Source of the DNA: Amoebophrya sp. A120
Taxonomy: Eukaryota; Protista; Dinoflagellata
Assembly (NCBI GenBank): GCA_905178155.1
Contig: CAJINV010000001.1
Location: 1,228,606-1,292,605, forward strand
Reading direction: 5' to 3'
Length of the DNA: 64,000 nt
Both the position numbers and the translations under genes were made by a program. How positions within the stretch are numbered: position 1 is the first letter of the stretch; each line of letters starts with the position of its first letter. Under the pieces are notes generated by a model. It ran no database searches, had not been told where the DNA came from, and saw only the letters and a program-made list of their open reading frames with translations. Below, in pieces: positions 11,340-23,776 of this stretch.

Positions 11340-13619
11340 ATGGCGTTTAACCTCGAGAGATTAGGAAGTCTGCAACTTCATCATGATTCTGGACTAGAAG
11401 AAGTGAGAGCGGAAGTTCTTCCGACATTGTACTCTGACGCTATGTGGTCGTTGAGCTTGAGTTTGTGCAAGATGATCTTGATTCTCTTCTGCTTCACAGC
11501 AGCAACGGCCACCGAGCTTGTTGGTTCTCAACACGCGGCGACCGGAACAACCGAAAAGAGCAGTTCCCAAGAACATGCCGACGACGCTATCGTTGTTCGC
11601 GAGTGGTTAAAAACTGCGTGCAACGAGGCCGAAGATTGGGGTCCGATCCCTCCGAATGATTTTTTCCAGCCGGAATTCGTTCTCGCTTTCACGCGACACG
11701 GAGCGAGAATACCCTGTAGCGGCGGAAACGCGGACAATGTCCCGGTGGAATTCACATGCTGGCAGAACGATACGGTCCAGTATGCCTGCACTCCGAGGAA
11801 GGCAAGGCTGGATATTGATGTGGGGGAAGCAGCAGCTGACCACACTAGGAGTATTCTCGATAAAAAAGGAGCAGGAAAACGAACTTCTAGCACACGCGGC
11901 AATAATCAAGATGAAGATATTAACTACGAGGAAAATATATCAGTTCTTTCCTCGAAGAACTATATGGAAATACTGTTCGAAAAGGAGCAAAATTCTTGGC
12001 GGGGTACCTGCAGCACAGGGGAACTCACCGATGCGGGTCTAAGGCAGTGCCGCAACAACGGGCGCCGGCTCGCAGAGGCTTACGGTACAACTTCTGGAAC
12101 AAGTGGTGTGGACGATGATCTTCATTCTACTACCGGCGATGATCGCAGCAGCCTTGAAGTGTCTTTTTTCTCAGACGAATCCCAGCGGGTGCAAGAGTGC
12201 GGGCAGGCGATGGCTGCGGAGATGTTGGTTTGGAAAGAACCTGTAAACGCAAATGGAATAAAAAACGCCGTTCCATCAACATCCGAGGGAGGAAAACGAC
12301 CGACGCATGCTGAAGCTGATGATTCTCTTTCTCCTGAGGGCCGTGTCAATAATAATCAACACCCCCAAGAAGAAACCCAAGCAACCCGTGTCCTCGTCCC
12401 TGCTCGCCCCGCAGCCAACCTGACGTGGCACGTACTCGGCCCGGGTTCCGGGCTGCAGCCGGGGAGGCTGGGGGGTTGCCTGGCGTTCGGTGCGGCGGTG
12501 AAAAGTTGGTGGAAGGAGTCCGCGTTTTTGCGGCAAAAGGCCGAGCAGTACCCGGAGTTGCTCCCGCAATTACGAGCTGTCTTTGGCGACTTCGTCTTGG
12601 GCAAGAAGCTCGATAATTTTCGCACACTCAGCAAAGTGATGGACTGCGTGCACGGGCATTTTTGCAGTACGGTGGTCGACCGCGAAGAGCGGAAGCGCTT
12701 TCACGTGCCACTCGCATTGGAAAAAACGCTCCTGGCGCAGCTCGTCGCTTCCGGCCTCGCGGCGGCCAAGTACGAGGCATTTTTCGAAGATCCGCACCTC
12801 GCAAAGCTGAGCGCGGGCTACTTCCTCGGGCGGACGGTGTTACCGGGGTTGCGGAGGGAAGTAGTAGAGCGGTTGAAAAGTTCTAATGACGAGGACCCAA
12901 AGGTAAAACATGACGCTCTCGCTCCGTCTTCCCCTGAGGTAGTGGTGCAACCCTCTTCAAGAAAAGCGACCGCACATTACAGGAAAAGCTGGCGTGCGAA
13001 ACGCTTCCACATCTACGCGGGACACGATTTTGGTCCGCTTGGGCCGCTGCTGGGTCTGCTGGGTGCGGAGCAGCTCTCGTTCGTGAAGAAGTGGCCCAAC
13101 TTCGCTTCCTTGCTTGTTTGGGAATTCGGCGCGGGGAAGGTTCGGCTGGTGTACGACGGAAAAGTGCTGCCGACGAAGGTGTGCGGTCCCACTGGGGTCT
13201 GTGCGGCGGAAGAGTTTTTGCAAAAGTTGGAGGCGTTGGTCCCCTCGCGGACGGAATGCAATGGCTCGGGTACTAATTATGCTTCCGGAGGATTACGGGT
13301 GGATGACGTAGGGGGGGAGGAAGAGGAGGATGTCTTGTTCGCTATCGCTTCCGCTAGTCTTCGTGCGAGCAGGGCCCGTGAGAATCTCGAGGAAAATTAT
13401 GTTGAAAATCGAGAGGACAGTCTGGAAATGCCATCGAAGATAATTGTTGAAAGTGTTGGTGAAAAAAAAGATGATCACGATGGCGCGAAAGGAAGCGAAC
13501 TGCACCAGCACGAAATTTTAACCTCCGTACAACATGGGGGAGTAGCAGCACAGAAACCAGAGCCGCCTCTTGAACCCGGCGGTGCAGATTCTTCCACTAG
13601 TGATGTCATTTGGCAATGA
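11340..13619 (+). CDS. Histidine acid phosphatase (branch 2), probably secreted or lysosomal
   Basis: RHGAR and GHD catalytic motifs, GELTxxG motif, hydrophobic signal-like segment after a later Met; no introns needed. Confidence 0.88.
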   Translation: MAFNLERLGSLQLHHDSGLEEVRAEVLPTLYSDAMWSLSLSLCKMILILFCFTAATATELVGSQHAATGTTEKSSSQEHADDAIVVREWLKTACNEAEDWGPIPPNDFFQPEFVLAFTRHGARIPCSGGNADNVPVEFTCWQNDTVQYACTPRKARLDIDVGEAAADHTRSILDKKGAGKRTSSTRGNNQDEDINYEENISVLSSKNYMEILFEKEQNSWRGTCSTGELTDAGLRQCRNNGRRLAEAYGTTSGTSGVDDDLHSTTGDDRSSLEVSFFSDESQRVQECGQAMAAEMLVWKEPVNANGIKNAVPSTSEGGKRPTHAEADDSLSPEGRVNNNQHPQEETQATRVLVPARPAANLTWHVLGPGSGLQPGRLGGCLAFGAAVKSWWKESAFLRQKAEQYPELLPQLRAVFGDFVLGKKLDNFRTLSKVMDCVHGHFCSTVVDREERKRFHVPLALEKTLLAQLVASGLAAAKYEAFFEDPHLAKLSAGYFLGRTVLPGLRREVVERLKSSNDEDPKVKHDALAPSSPEVVVQPSSRKATAHYRKSWRAKRFHIYAGHDFGPLGPLLGLLGAEQLSFVKKWPNFASLLVWEFGAGKVRLVYDGKVLPTKVCGPTGVCAAEEFLQKLEALVPSRTECNGSGTNYASGGLRVDDVGGEEEEDVLFAIASASLRASRARENLEENYVENREDSLEMPSKIIVESVGEKKDDHDGAKGSELHQHEILTSVQHGGVAAQKPEPPLEPGGADSSTSDVIWQ

Positions 13620-14292
13620 AAGATAGCGATTTTTTCGGGATGAATATCCGACATTATTTTGTGCCTGTTTGTTTCATCTGAAAGGAAAGAGTTTGCACAC
13701 GGGTAGACCGCTTCGTTGAAAAGTGAAAAGAACGGGTTCTGGGGAACAGTCGATGCATTCGTTTTTTGCTGTAAGTAAGAAAAGACGGGCTGCGTTTTTT
13801 TTTTCTGATCTAGTTCCTTCCATTTTCTCCAGGTATCTTCTGTCAGGTTGCTTTCTCAACAGCCTTTTGTTTTTACTTTTTGCAGATCTGTTTCTGTCGC
13901 TCAGCTTGCCTGCTTTGGCATCTGCATGTGGCGCCACTTACTTTTTCTGGATCAGATTTGGCACCTTCAAGTTTTGCTTTTTGTCGTATGATACATTTTT
14001 GACCTTTCGCACGCTCCAGTGCACGATATCGATATCCTTGGTTTCACTTTCTTTGAGAAACCAAAGGGCAACTACGTTGCATAGAATGTCACCGCGCGCC
14101 GAATTGGCCTCGACGGTCGTAGCGCGACCAGCAGAGAGCTAGCAGGTACAGCTAGCTCATGGACCACAGGAACACATACAGAATCAGAAGATGAAAACTA
14201 CTCCGAGACAGGGGACCGAAAAATACGACTCCGGGCAAGCTCGGGGTAGATTTGCCGTCGTCCCGGGAATAAACCACAGTCTGCCGGTTAAG

Positions 14293-15499
14293 ATGTCGGT
14301 TTCTCGCGTATTTGATGTCCTCCACCGAAGGTCAGCAGGTCGGCACGACAGTACTGCTGGTGGTAGAACGGGAACGTCTAGAAGAAGTGTTTTTTGTTGG
14401 AGCTTTTTTCTCTCCCTTCTGTTATTTCACCCGGCCCATGTAGCAGAGGCCTCCATGTTTCAGGCCTCCTTTGCCGTTCTCGCAGGGCGGAAGAAGTGCA
14501 TCGGGCAGGATCTGTTACGGCACGTGCTTTCCCTGGTGGAGATAACTTCCAAGACTGGGCAAAACCTTGCTGTCACTGTTATGACTTGCTCAAGCGTTAC
14601 AATCTCAAACGTTACAATTAATAGAATCTGGAATTTGTGTTGCATGATGAGCATGATAGACTCGCACAGCGTTCCACCTTTTGCAATACAAATTTCGCCA
14701 GATTTTAGTGGTGTTTGGGGCTGCTCCGGAACTTGTCATGCGCAATCCTATGAGAGTTGGCTAGATCATGCACTCTTGCGTCACAGATTTCCATATTCTA
14801 TTGTAACGTTTGAGATTGTAACACCTGAGCGAGTTATAACGGTGTTGGAGGATCAGATCCCGATAATCTTCGAGGGCAAGAAGCCTACGATTAAAACCGC
14901 CTTCACTGCGCAACGCGACGCCACGCACTGGATCTGCATCCTGGTATTTCGTGTTCCTTCAGAACTTTTTTTCGTTCGTGGCTTCCTTCAGCAGTAGATG
15001 TTCACCGCACTCTTGCGTACGATAGCGATTAGTTTTACCGCGGCGCCGCGCAAATGTATCCCAAGTATAGAACTTTTTTCCATGATATGATAGATTACTT
15101 GAGCAGCTCGTTCAGCACCGCCACGCTCCTATCTATCATTGTCAACGTAACTTAATACATGAAACCATATTATCGCAGAATGAGAGTCCCAGCGCTGATA
15201 CCGAAGTGAGCTTCAGTTTTAAATCTGGGGCTTCCGCGCGGGACTACTCGCAGGTGGCAAAAAGGGAGCACTTGCAGCCCGTCCAGGTGCGGTTACGGAT
15301 GATTGAGGACGAACTTTCCTCGTACCAGGAGAACCTGATACGCATGCGGCAGACGGAAGACGCGCTGCGCGCGGTCAACGATAACACCGGGGTTCGCGTG
15401 ATCGTCTTCTGCGTTCTCAACCTGGTGCTCATGATCATACTGGGGGGCTGGCAGATGATATCCACCAAAGCCTTCTTCCGCGAGAAAAAGATCATATGA
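14293..15499 (+). CDS. p24/emp24/gp25L (TMED) cargo receptor
   Basis: Signal peptide, GOLD-type KKCIG...HWIC, coiled coil, TM and FFREKKII tail. One introner (14580-14838) and one GT-AG intron (14944-15178). Confidence 0.9.
14580..14838. mobile_element. TIR introner, family D
   Basis: TIR of about 39 bp, tatgacttgctcaagcgttacaatctcaaacgttacaat / attgtaacgtttgagattgtaacacctgagcgagttata; flanks actgt/acggt. Confidence 0.9.
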
Positions 15500-16489
15500 G
15501 GTAGAACAAGCGGAATTGACGTTGACGTGAGTACACCACCACCGCGATTTCCGTGGGGGCAGCTCCCCTTGACTACGCACAAAATTAGCGACGCACAAGC
15601 AGAAGCATGAAAACGTCGCGTCGTGGCCTCCGCTTGAAAATATAGGCAAAGAAGTACTTCAAATACTTTATCGTCGGGAATAAACGGAAGCATGCGAAGG
15701 TTTGATTTGCACTACGTACATCGTGCGAACCACTCTATGGAGCAGGTTCGTCTCGTTCGGATCACATCGTTCGTTTCGACGAACACCGACAATCCCGGAA
15801 CTGCTAGTGTTGCAAAACTAAATCGTTCACATCGAATCCAGGCACTCTCAAAGTTTCGGTTCTCGTAGTAGAGGCCAGCGTGTGATGAAAAACTTATTCG
15901 TCTTTCGTCCTCGTTCACTATCACTTCGTCCGGAAATACAGCTATCAGAATTGAGCGGCTATCGCTGATGGGCGTGCCAATCGTTCCATGATGTTGTTGC
16001 ACAAGAGGAGACAAAGCTACGTTGAAAACAATGATGTCCCATGGAACTGCGAAAACGAAAACAGGGAGAAGATAAATGTGGCTTATTTCGTCGCGTACAC
16101 AGAAAGCCTTAATGTCTCATAATTTCGTCGGGTTATTTATCGTGTGAAGTTGGGTGCCCCCCCACTCGGTTTTCCTTCTGCTGTTAGCTTTAGTTATTGA
16201 TCGTTGCCGATCCGAATTGGAGGCAGAGACTCATTGATTTTGATGCGTAGTTCGGAAGGTTCACTAATTTAATTTTCTAGAGTAAAGTTGTGTCTGCTCG
16301 GGGGAGACAAGTTAGTTTGCTGAGCCGCATGATAAGACATGCTTGTTATCTGTATCGTAAATCATTCTATATCCGAAAGTAGTATAGTGCATGGCGGGAG
16401 GCTCTGACGAGCAGGAGAGGCTTACTTAGATTTTTTCCGGCTCTTAATCCAGATACGACCGCTGTGATAGCTGCGAAGCTCGGAAAAAA

Positions 16490-19400
16490 ATGTCGGGAAT
16501 GAGCAAGGACGAGGGTTCGTCTGACAGCCTCCCTCCGCCTCCGCACCACCGCGATGAAAGCGCCAATACTACACCGCCGCGAATTACAGGAGCAGCAGCT
16601 CCTGCATTCTCCTCACCCGGCGCGACGAGCCCGCAGCGGAGAGTACAAGTGCACGCGTTTGTGAATTCGCAGAGCGGCGCGTTTGCCAAGGGAGAGCGAA
16701 TTCTGAATGACTTGCGGGCCCTGCTGGCGGAGTCCCTTACTCCCGTGCCCAGCAGTGCGGACCTGTGCACCGCCGCCGCGGGAGGATCTTCTTCGTGTGG
16801 GACAACGTGTTCCGCGGACGAAATAGAACTCGTAGACAGAACTCCAGATAATTCTAGACGTGAGGTGGAAACACCACCTCCTGTACTAGATCAAGAGAAA
16901 GGACAGAGCGGGATTACTGGCAAGAAGGCCGTGGTGGTTCCAGCGGTGCCTGCTTTTTTGGAACAGCAAGCACGAGCCAGCGGTTCGTCTGTGTCGCCTG
17001 ACAAAGCTTGCGATAGTTTTGCCACTGACCAGCACCAAGTACCACGAGATGTAGAGACAGAACAAACCGGTACAACAACACCATCCCCTGCAAAGAACAT
17101 CAAGAAGCAGTCGAAGCGTTCCGAGCGACGGGCGCGGCTGCGCAGAGAAAGCCGGAGTTTGTTGGGCAGCCGGGTGTGCGACCTGTCGCAGGAAGACGCG
17201 GGGGAGTTTATCCGGGCGCACGTGCGGGCCGGCGACATTCTGCTCGTCTGCGGCGGCGATGGCACGCAGAACTGGGTGGCTTCGGCCATGATAGCGCTCG
17301 GGGATGAGGCGCCGAAGAATGTCCGGCTGGTCCCGGTCCCGCTGGGCACCGGGAATGATTTCTCCCGGTCTTTGGGGTGGGGCGAGTCCACCCGCTCGTC
17401 CGACCTGCAGGAGCGCGTTATCGCCGCGCAGAATTCGGTGCAACGAAATCTAGACATGTGGAAGGTAATCATCATCCCGCGGAGCGCAGAGGAGGTTGGG
17501 GCTGTTGCTGCGTCGGCAAGAATAAATCATGACGGAGCTGCTCCTGGTGATTTGCGTGCTACAACTTGTTCCGAGGATCTTTCATCTTCGGCGGACAGAA
17601 CGAGCAAAACATCCTCCTTGTCTTGCAAAATGCGAGCAAAAGCGAAAGGTTTTTTCCAGAACAGTTTACTATCTGCAGGGGATAATGGAACAACAGTGAC
17701 TAGTGGTTCCTCCTCTACTTCAACTTCTATCGGGGATGAACATCAAAATGGCACCACTGGAGATCATAGTACTTCATCTACTTCTTTAACACCATCCCCT
17801 CCCTGGTTCGAGGACGAATCCCGGCTAGACGCTCTGCAGCGGCTCTCGCTGGGGAGCCGAGCAGACAGAAGCAATTTTGCGAGGAACAGTGCGTTAAAGC
17901 TGCTACACCAGCACGGTATGCTTTCAGACGAGGAGTTGCGTTTCGAGACCGGCGAATTTCAACATCTGGAAGGGGAGAGAATAAATGCGGAGGACGCATC
18001 AACAGACATGACTGGGGCGGATAGTGGCAAGAGAAATACGTCAAATTATAAAGGTCGACCGGTTTTTGTCGGGCATTGGATGAACTACGTGAACTTTGTA
18101 TCCTGAGTAAAAACGTACCCACACCAGAGTTGTAATGCAAATCTGCATGCTGAAAATGTTTCTCATGCGGAGCTCCATGAGAAGCATTTTCTAGTCGTGT
18201 TTTGCAATTTGTCATGCTCCAATCAGCATGGTATGCTAGATCTGTGATGCTGCTGAGCTAGCTGAAACAGCACTATACTACGAATCCAAATTTGTCATGC
18301 AAAACAGCCAAAACTTGTGGATTTGTCTAGCCGATTCCCCATCTTGACTCTGGTGTGGGTACGTTTTTGCTCAGGATACTTTGGTTGTGGTGCCCGCATT
18401 GTGTGGTCCGTCGGAAAGCTGCGGGACAAGCAAGGCGGTTGCGGGCGGCGACTGTACTCCCGCGGGTTCGGACACATGGTCTTTATGGGTGTCGGCGCGG
18501 TCGAGCTGTTCACGCCGCCGGGCGAGAAGTTTGTGGATAAAAACTCGAAGAATAAAGCACTGAAGATGCAGTGTTGCGACCTAGCCACGGGCGCAGACGG
18601 CCAGTTTCGCCAAAAAGTACAGCCCGTGGGAGGTGGACGAGATGGTGAAAGGGGAGGACCACGTGGTCGAGAGAGGTCACGAACCACTGTGGAGATGAAC
18701 GAAGAGGAGGATAGAATAAAGCAGGAGAACGATCCGAAAACATCAACAACAAACGCCGATGGCGATGACATTAGACACAGTCCCGCAGAGGAAGGTCAAC
18801 AGCAACACTCCTCTTTCCCAACGGCCGAAGAAATTCAGGTAGATCAGGGTGTTTACTCCTCTTCTTGCAGTACGGCTGATCCGTCCTCTTCCGCCGTGTC
18901 CTCCGCTGATGATACATCGGAAATCGTTGTGCAGCAGAATCATCTTGTTCAAAGTGGTACAACCGCTCCGGAGGAACGGACCACACGAAGAACTTCCACA
19001 GTCACCACAGCATCAAGCAAAACTGGTCTGTTTGGCGTCTCAGCAGGCGAGCTGGAAAAGAGACTAGCTGCATCCACGACCCGCCCCGATCAGGCTGTTA
19101 GTAGTGATCCTCGAGAGCATGAGCAGGACCACGACCGATCAGGCCTTCAATCAGAGGAAAAAACGTCAACATCCTGCTCTCCGATGTCGAAAACAAGTAG
19201 GACCTCCACAAGGCAGCGCGGGGAGGTGCTGGACCGGAGTAGCAACTACAAGACCACCACGTGCTTCCCCTCGTCCAGTTCCTGTTTTACTGGCGCGCAG
19301 CAAGCTGTCTCCGGAGTTGTGAAAAGCAGCAGGAGCAGGAGCACAAAAATGAGAGATAGTAGTTCCCCATTCCCTAGCAAAATGAAGCTCGCCCAGCAGG

Positions 19401-19882
19401 GGGACGAGCAGCATTTAGCATCCGGAGATGATCAACATGAGCAACTACACGATGGTAATCCGACCTTGTGCCTGCTGGACGCGCTGCAACGAAACAGCTC
19501 GCGCAATCTCACCCTGCTAAACATCCGAAGCATCATGGGCGGGCGGGCCAAATTGCGGCTGCGAGACCAACATTCCAGGCGGAGCCCAGACGACGGTCGG
19601 TTCGAAGTGCTGTACATGCAACACGCGGCGCACATCATCGCCATCGGGGGCGGGCTAACGAATTGGAACGTCGACAACCAGGGATCCGCGTGCCGTCTGC
19701 GATTTGCGGGTCCGGAGCATCTGGACCTCGACGGCGAGGGGTTCGCGGTGAACGGCCCTTTTGACGTCCTGGTGGTCAAAGCGGACCACTCGCTCACGGT
19801 TGGCGTGAATCCGGAGCAGAAGGATCCGGGAGCGGTTGACTTCTGGGACTTGGCGAGCGACGACCAGGTCGAAGGACAGTAA
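16490..19882 (+). CDS. Diacylglycerol kinase with long low-complexity inserts
   Basis: FVNSQSG, CGGDGT, PLGTGNDFSRSLGWG, MNYVNFG (rebuilt across the introner), DDGRFEV and DGE motifs. Confidence 0.9.
18099..18378. mobile_element. TIR introner, family C
   Basis: TATCCTGAGTAAAAACGTACCCACACCAGAGT...ACTCTGGTGTGGGTACGTTTTTGCTCAGGATA; TSD ctttg/ctttg. Confidence 0.95.
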
Positions 19883-21242
19883 GTAAGAAGTATGTAGATG
19901 CTTCGAGCGTCTCAATCTGAAATTTGTAAAGCGATAGTTAGAAGAAGAAGTACTACCCCGTCACTTTCACTTGATTTTACAATTGTTTACAACCTACGTA
20001 CAAAAGCGAAATTAGAAAATACTTTTTAAGATCATTGTTTCTTTTCGGAATTCTTGTACCTATTTGTTTCGATGTTTCATAGCAGTAGCATTCAAAAATC
20101 ACCTCCCCGGCGGGAGATTGGTGACCAACTGCCTTTCGGCTGCAGCTGTAGCTGTTTTCAGGTCCGCGTTGTCATTGCATGTATTCTTGTAGACATAATT
20201 TCATTTTTGTACCTACTACACCTAGAACCATGATGAATTAGGTTCAGAAATTTGCAAGACTATTTTCGGATAATTTTCATTTGCATGTTTCGCAACGTTG
20301 GCTTGGTGAGTCGCAAAATTTCCCGGGATTAGTCGAGTCGGATCTTGAACTCTCTTCTCAATATATATCAAGGTTTTGGAAAAAAAAGGATTAGTAGCGG
20401 CGGAGTCGGATGAAGGACATCCAATCATCTTCTTGTGGCAATAAGTTTGAAAATTGTTCTGCACAGCTGTTTCTCGGTGGTCTACGGGAGACAACATGGT
20501 TGTAGGTAAGGAAGTGGCCGCTGCTCACTTGTACGTGCGAAGTATCTACGCAACGTTCGTGTATTCACTGAATTCATTGCGTGTGTCGTGATTATTTGCT
20601 ACTGTTTAATTGCGTCGTGGTTTTGCAACAGCACATGTTCTGCGCAACGAGCCGAGGTTTGCTGCAAAATTGCAAAAAATTTTTGAATTTCAGGGGAGGT
20701 TTAGCTGGAGCCATTTGGCACAACGAGAAGGTGCTTCTGGTTTGCACTTGCAGTGCCACTTCTTTCACCGATGGCCATCGATAGTGTCAGTGCGTTCGAA
20801 TTCAAGGCATAGTCTAGATGGTATCAACTTATTCATCGAACTACATTAATATTCAGTTTGAGTGGTCCGCAACCATTACATTTACAATTTACCTTTCCGT
20901 GTCTAGCCCGTTATTGCAACAGAATAAATTTTGGTTTCAACGATGCTTCTGCGTCTTCCGCTAGTGTCCGCCGAGTTGCGAAGAGAAGAAGGCCTCGTCC
21001 GCTTGTGACCACTCTAGTTCCTCTCGATGCGCATTACGGATTTCAATATCCTGATTGACACAGCAGCAAAGGTAGCCTAACCGCTCGGAGCGTTGGACAA
21101 GGCACGAAGCAGGATACATAGTAGTTTTCTTCCCGAGCGGCCGATTGACCGCGCAAGCGAGTTACTAGGATCCGTTGCGCGTCGTGCACTCATTTCCAAG
21201 GCACGAAGACCACGGCCCTGACCCCCATAGTTCCGGGCGACC

Positions 21243-22900
21243 ATGTATCAAGTGTAAAAATGTTTGGGTCTGGAAGAGTGCGAACTTGTCATGCAGATTT
21301 TACAATGCCCGTGACGTCTGTGATGTATTCCCTGGCATCACAGATTTTCTGAGTGCTTCTTGATGCCTATTCCGCATGACAAATGGCCTCCCCGCGTAGC
21401 AGAAACTGGACTCCTCTTGCTGGTCATGCAGTACAGATTTTTCTAGAGTCCAAAATTAGCATCACAGGTTGCATCCTTCCAGACCCAGACATTTTTGCAG
21501 TTCATACCATGGTGATGCCGCTCGGGGGAGTGACGCCGGGCGGGCCGCCGTCGCAATACTGTTTGAATATGGATTGCAAAAATGTCTGGGTCTGGAAGCA
21601 TGCAACTTGTGATGCTGCATTTGGATTCCAAAAAAATCTGTATTGCATGAGTAGCAAAAGAGTATAATTTTTGCTACAAGGATAGGGCATTTGTCATGTG
21701 GAATAGGCATCAAGATGCCCTCAAACTATATGTGATGCTAGGGCGCGCATCACAGACATCATGGCTCATGCAAGACGTGCGTCACAAGTTTCAGAATCTT
21801 GATCTTCCAGACCCAGACATTTTTACAGTTGATATTGAACACGCTACCGAAGCTGAAAATCCTCCTCATCGGCATCGTGTTTCTCTCCTGCGCAAGAATA
21901 GTATCCCAATCGCAGGTCGAGGGGGTCATCATAGACGGCATTTTTGACCTTTTCACGGTACTTATGAAAAAGTGTTTGCGGAAGCGGAGCTACTACCTTT
22001 GTCGTAGTCACACTAGTACTTGTGTCTGATAGATGAGGCTGCATTGATCAGGCTAGCTCCGTCTCAGCCACGTGCATCGCCAAAAAACGTGGATGATCTC
22101 AAAAAAAAAAAACCAGCCCATCAGCGGTTACTGCCTCTTCAAAGACGCACAGACGATGAGCAGCTGCCTGTGCGCGTTCATGATGTTTGCGTGGCTGAGC
22201 GCGGTCAACGACGGCATTGCGGCGATTGTGCGTTTCTCGGAGTACGGCGTTGATGCGTTCTGTGCGGATGGAAACAGAAAAATCGTCAATGACAAGTAAG
22301 TTAGTATTCAGACGCAACTCTAATTTTCAGCCTTGGATCGTTGTGCGAATCGAAATCTAGCACTTCTGGAAGAAAAAAATTCATACATGAACTAGGAATG
22401 CATACTACTTTAGAGGTTTTACTTTCACATCAAGACGAATAGTATGCTACAAAACAGCCGCATAATAACCTGCACGGCCTTCCAGCCGACATACACGAGC
22501 GTACTGATCTGCATCACCATCGTGCAAGGCTACACCGGTGTGCTCGGCTATAAGATGCTGAAGTCCGCAACGTATAAAGAGTTATTCTTGTTTGAGTATA
22601 CTACAGTCATGAAGATGATCAACGCATGTGCCGCAACTTTCTTCTTGTAAATCTGAATCATCATGTCGTGGCGGATAACTAAAACGAGACATGATCCACC
22701 AAAAATGAATACACAGAGTCCAGCAGGCCGAAACGATGGGAGGCGGACTTCTCGGCGCGGACGTAAACGCGCAGCAGGCGGCCCTCGCCCGAGAGCTCCG
22801 ACCTGGCGCGGGCGGAAACGGCAACGGGCCTCTTGGACCGCGCGCGCCCGCACCTCCGTCCTTTCAAGCCTTCGCGGGCGAGGGACAAAGGCTTGGCTAG
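21243..22900 (+). CDS. Multi-pass membrane protein with C-terminal SHP box (putative p97/Cdc48 adaptor)
   Basis: Reconstructed MVMPLGG...LNTLPKLKILLIGIVFL...; further GT-AG-type introns with approximate boundaries; ends FQAFAGEGQRLG*. Confidence 0.65.
21246..21506. mobile_element. TIR introner, family B
   Basis: Family B TIRs; TSD ccatg/ccatg, which contains the likely start codon. Confidence 0.92.
21568..21834. mobile_element. TIR introner, family B (opposite orientation to 21246-21506)
   Basis: Family B TIRs; TSD ttgaa/ttgaa. Confidence 0.92.
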
Positions 22901-23776
22901 GGTGCGCACCGCTGGGAGGAGCTTGACTTGCCGGTGTTGGTTTTGCGTTTGGGATATTGAACCACGTGCTTTTTGACGAGAAAGCCGTCGCGGACGCCAC
23001 GTAAAGAAGCCGCGGAAAGGGAGAAGTTGCGACAGGGTGCTGTGGTGTGCGGCGTGGAGTCATTTTCGTCCTGCATGGTGCTGTTGAATGGAGGAGGACG
23101 CGAGGGAAGAACTGACGCCGCTCCGCGAGTTCTACTCGCTTTCGTCTTGAAGCTTCTTGCGGCGCTGTGTGGACAAGAAACTACGTACAGCAAGGCTTGG
23201 AGAATTAAGAATGCTTTGAAATAACAAGTTATAGCTCTGCGAGATCTAGAAGTTCATCATTCTTTACATCTAATGACTCTACTGGAACTGCATGGAGGCG
23301 TTACTGTGCCATCATTTGGAGAACAGGATCTGAGATGCAACATTTATTCCGCGACTGGGCATCTCTCTTGTCGTTACGCGATCTTCTACTTGCTCCGCAC
23401 GAGAAGAGATGGGCCCTTGCTATGACACGACAAAAAGTCGCGGCTGAAGTGTCGCGACATTTTCTTATTGCTACCGTGCTAATGGTGTTCGTTTACGACC
23501 TTTTGGATCTCTAGACCGCGTTTCGTTTTGTGATTTCTTTTTTCGGCTGATTTGCTATTTTGGTTTTTCTGTGACTTGCCCGTTGCTCCTCTGCCGCTGC
23601 GCGGGGCCGTCCGCAATTCGGTGTGATCCAGAGTTCCAGCACCACCCTCGTAACCAAGGCGTTAGTTGTCCTTATCGTATCTTCTGCTTTGAACAAGAAC
23701 TCAAGTTTTTCCCTGTTGCCTTTCCCCGCCGCACTACTAGAAAGAAAACAATAAAAAACTTTTCCCTGCAAGAACT

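Noticed and set aside
13674-14142. Lys-rich minus-strand ORF and Phe-rich plus-strand ORF
   Set aside because: No recognisable domain, compositional bias, and an in-frame stop upstream on the minus strand.
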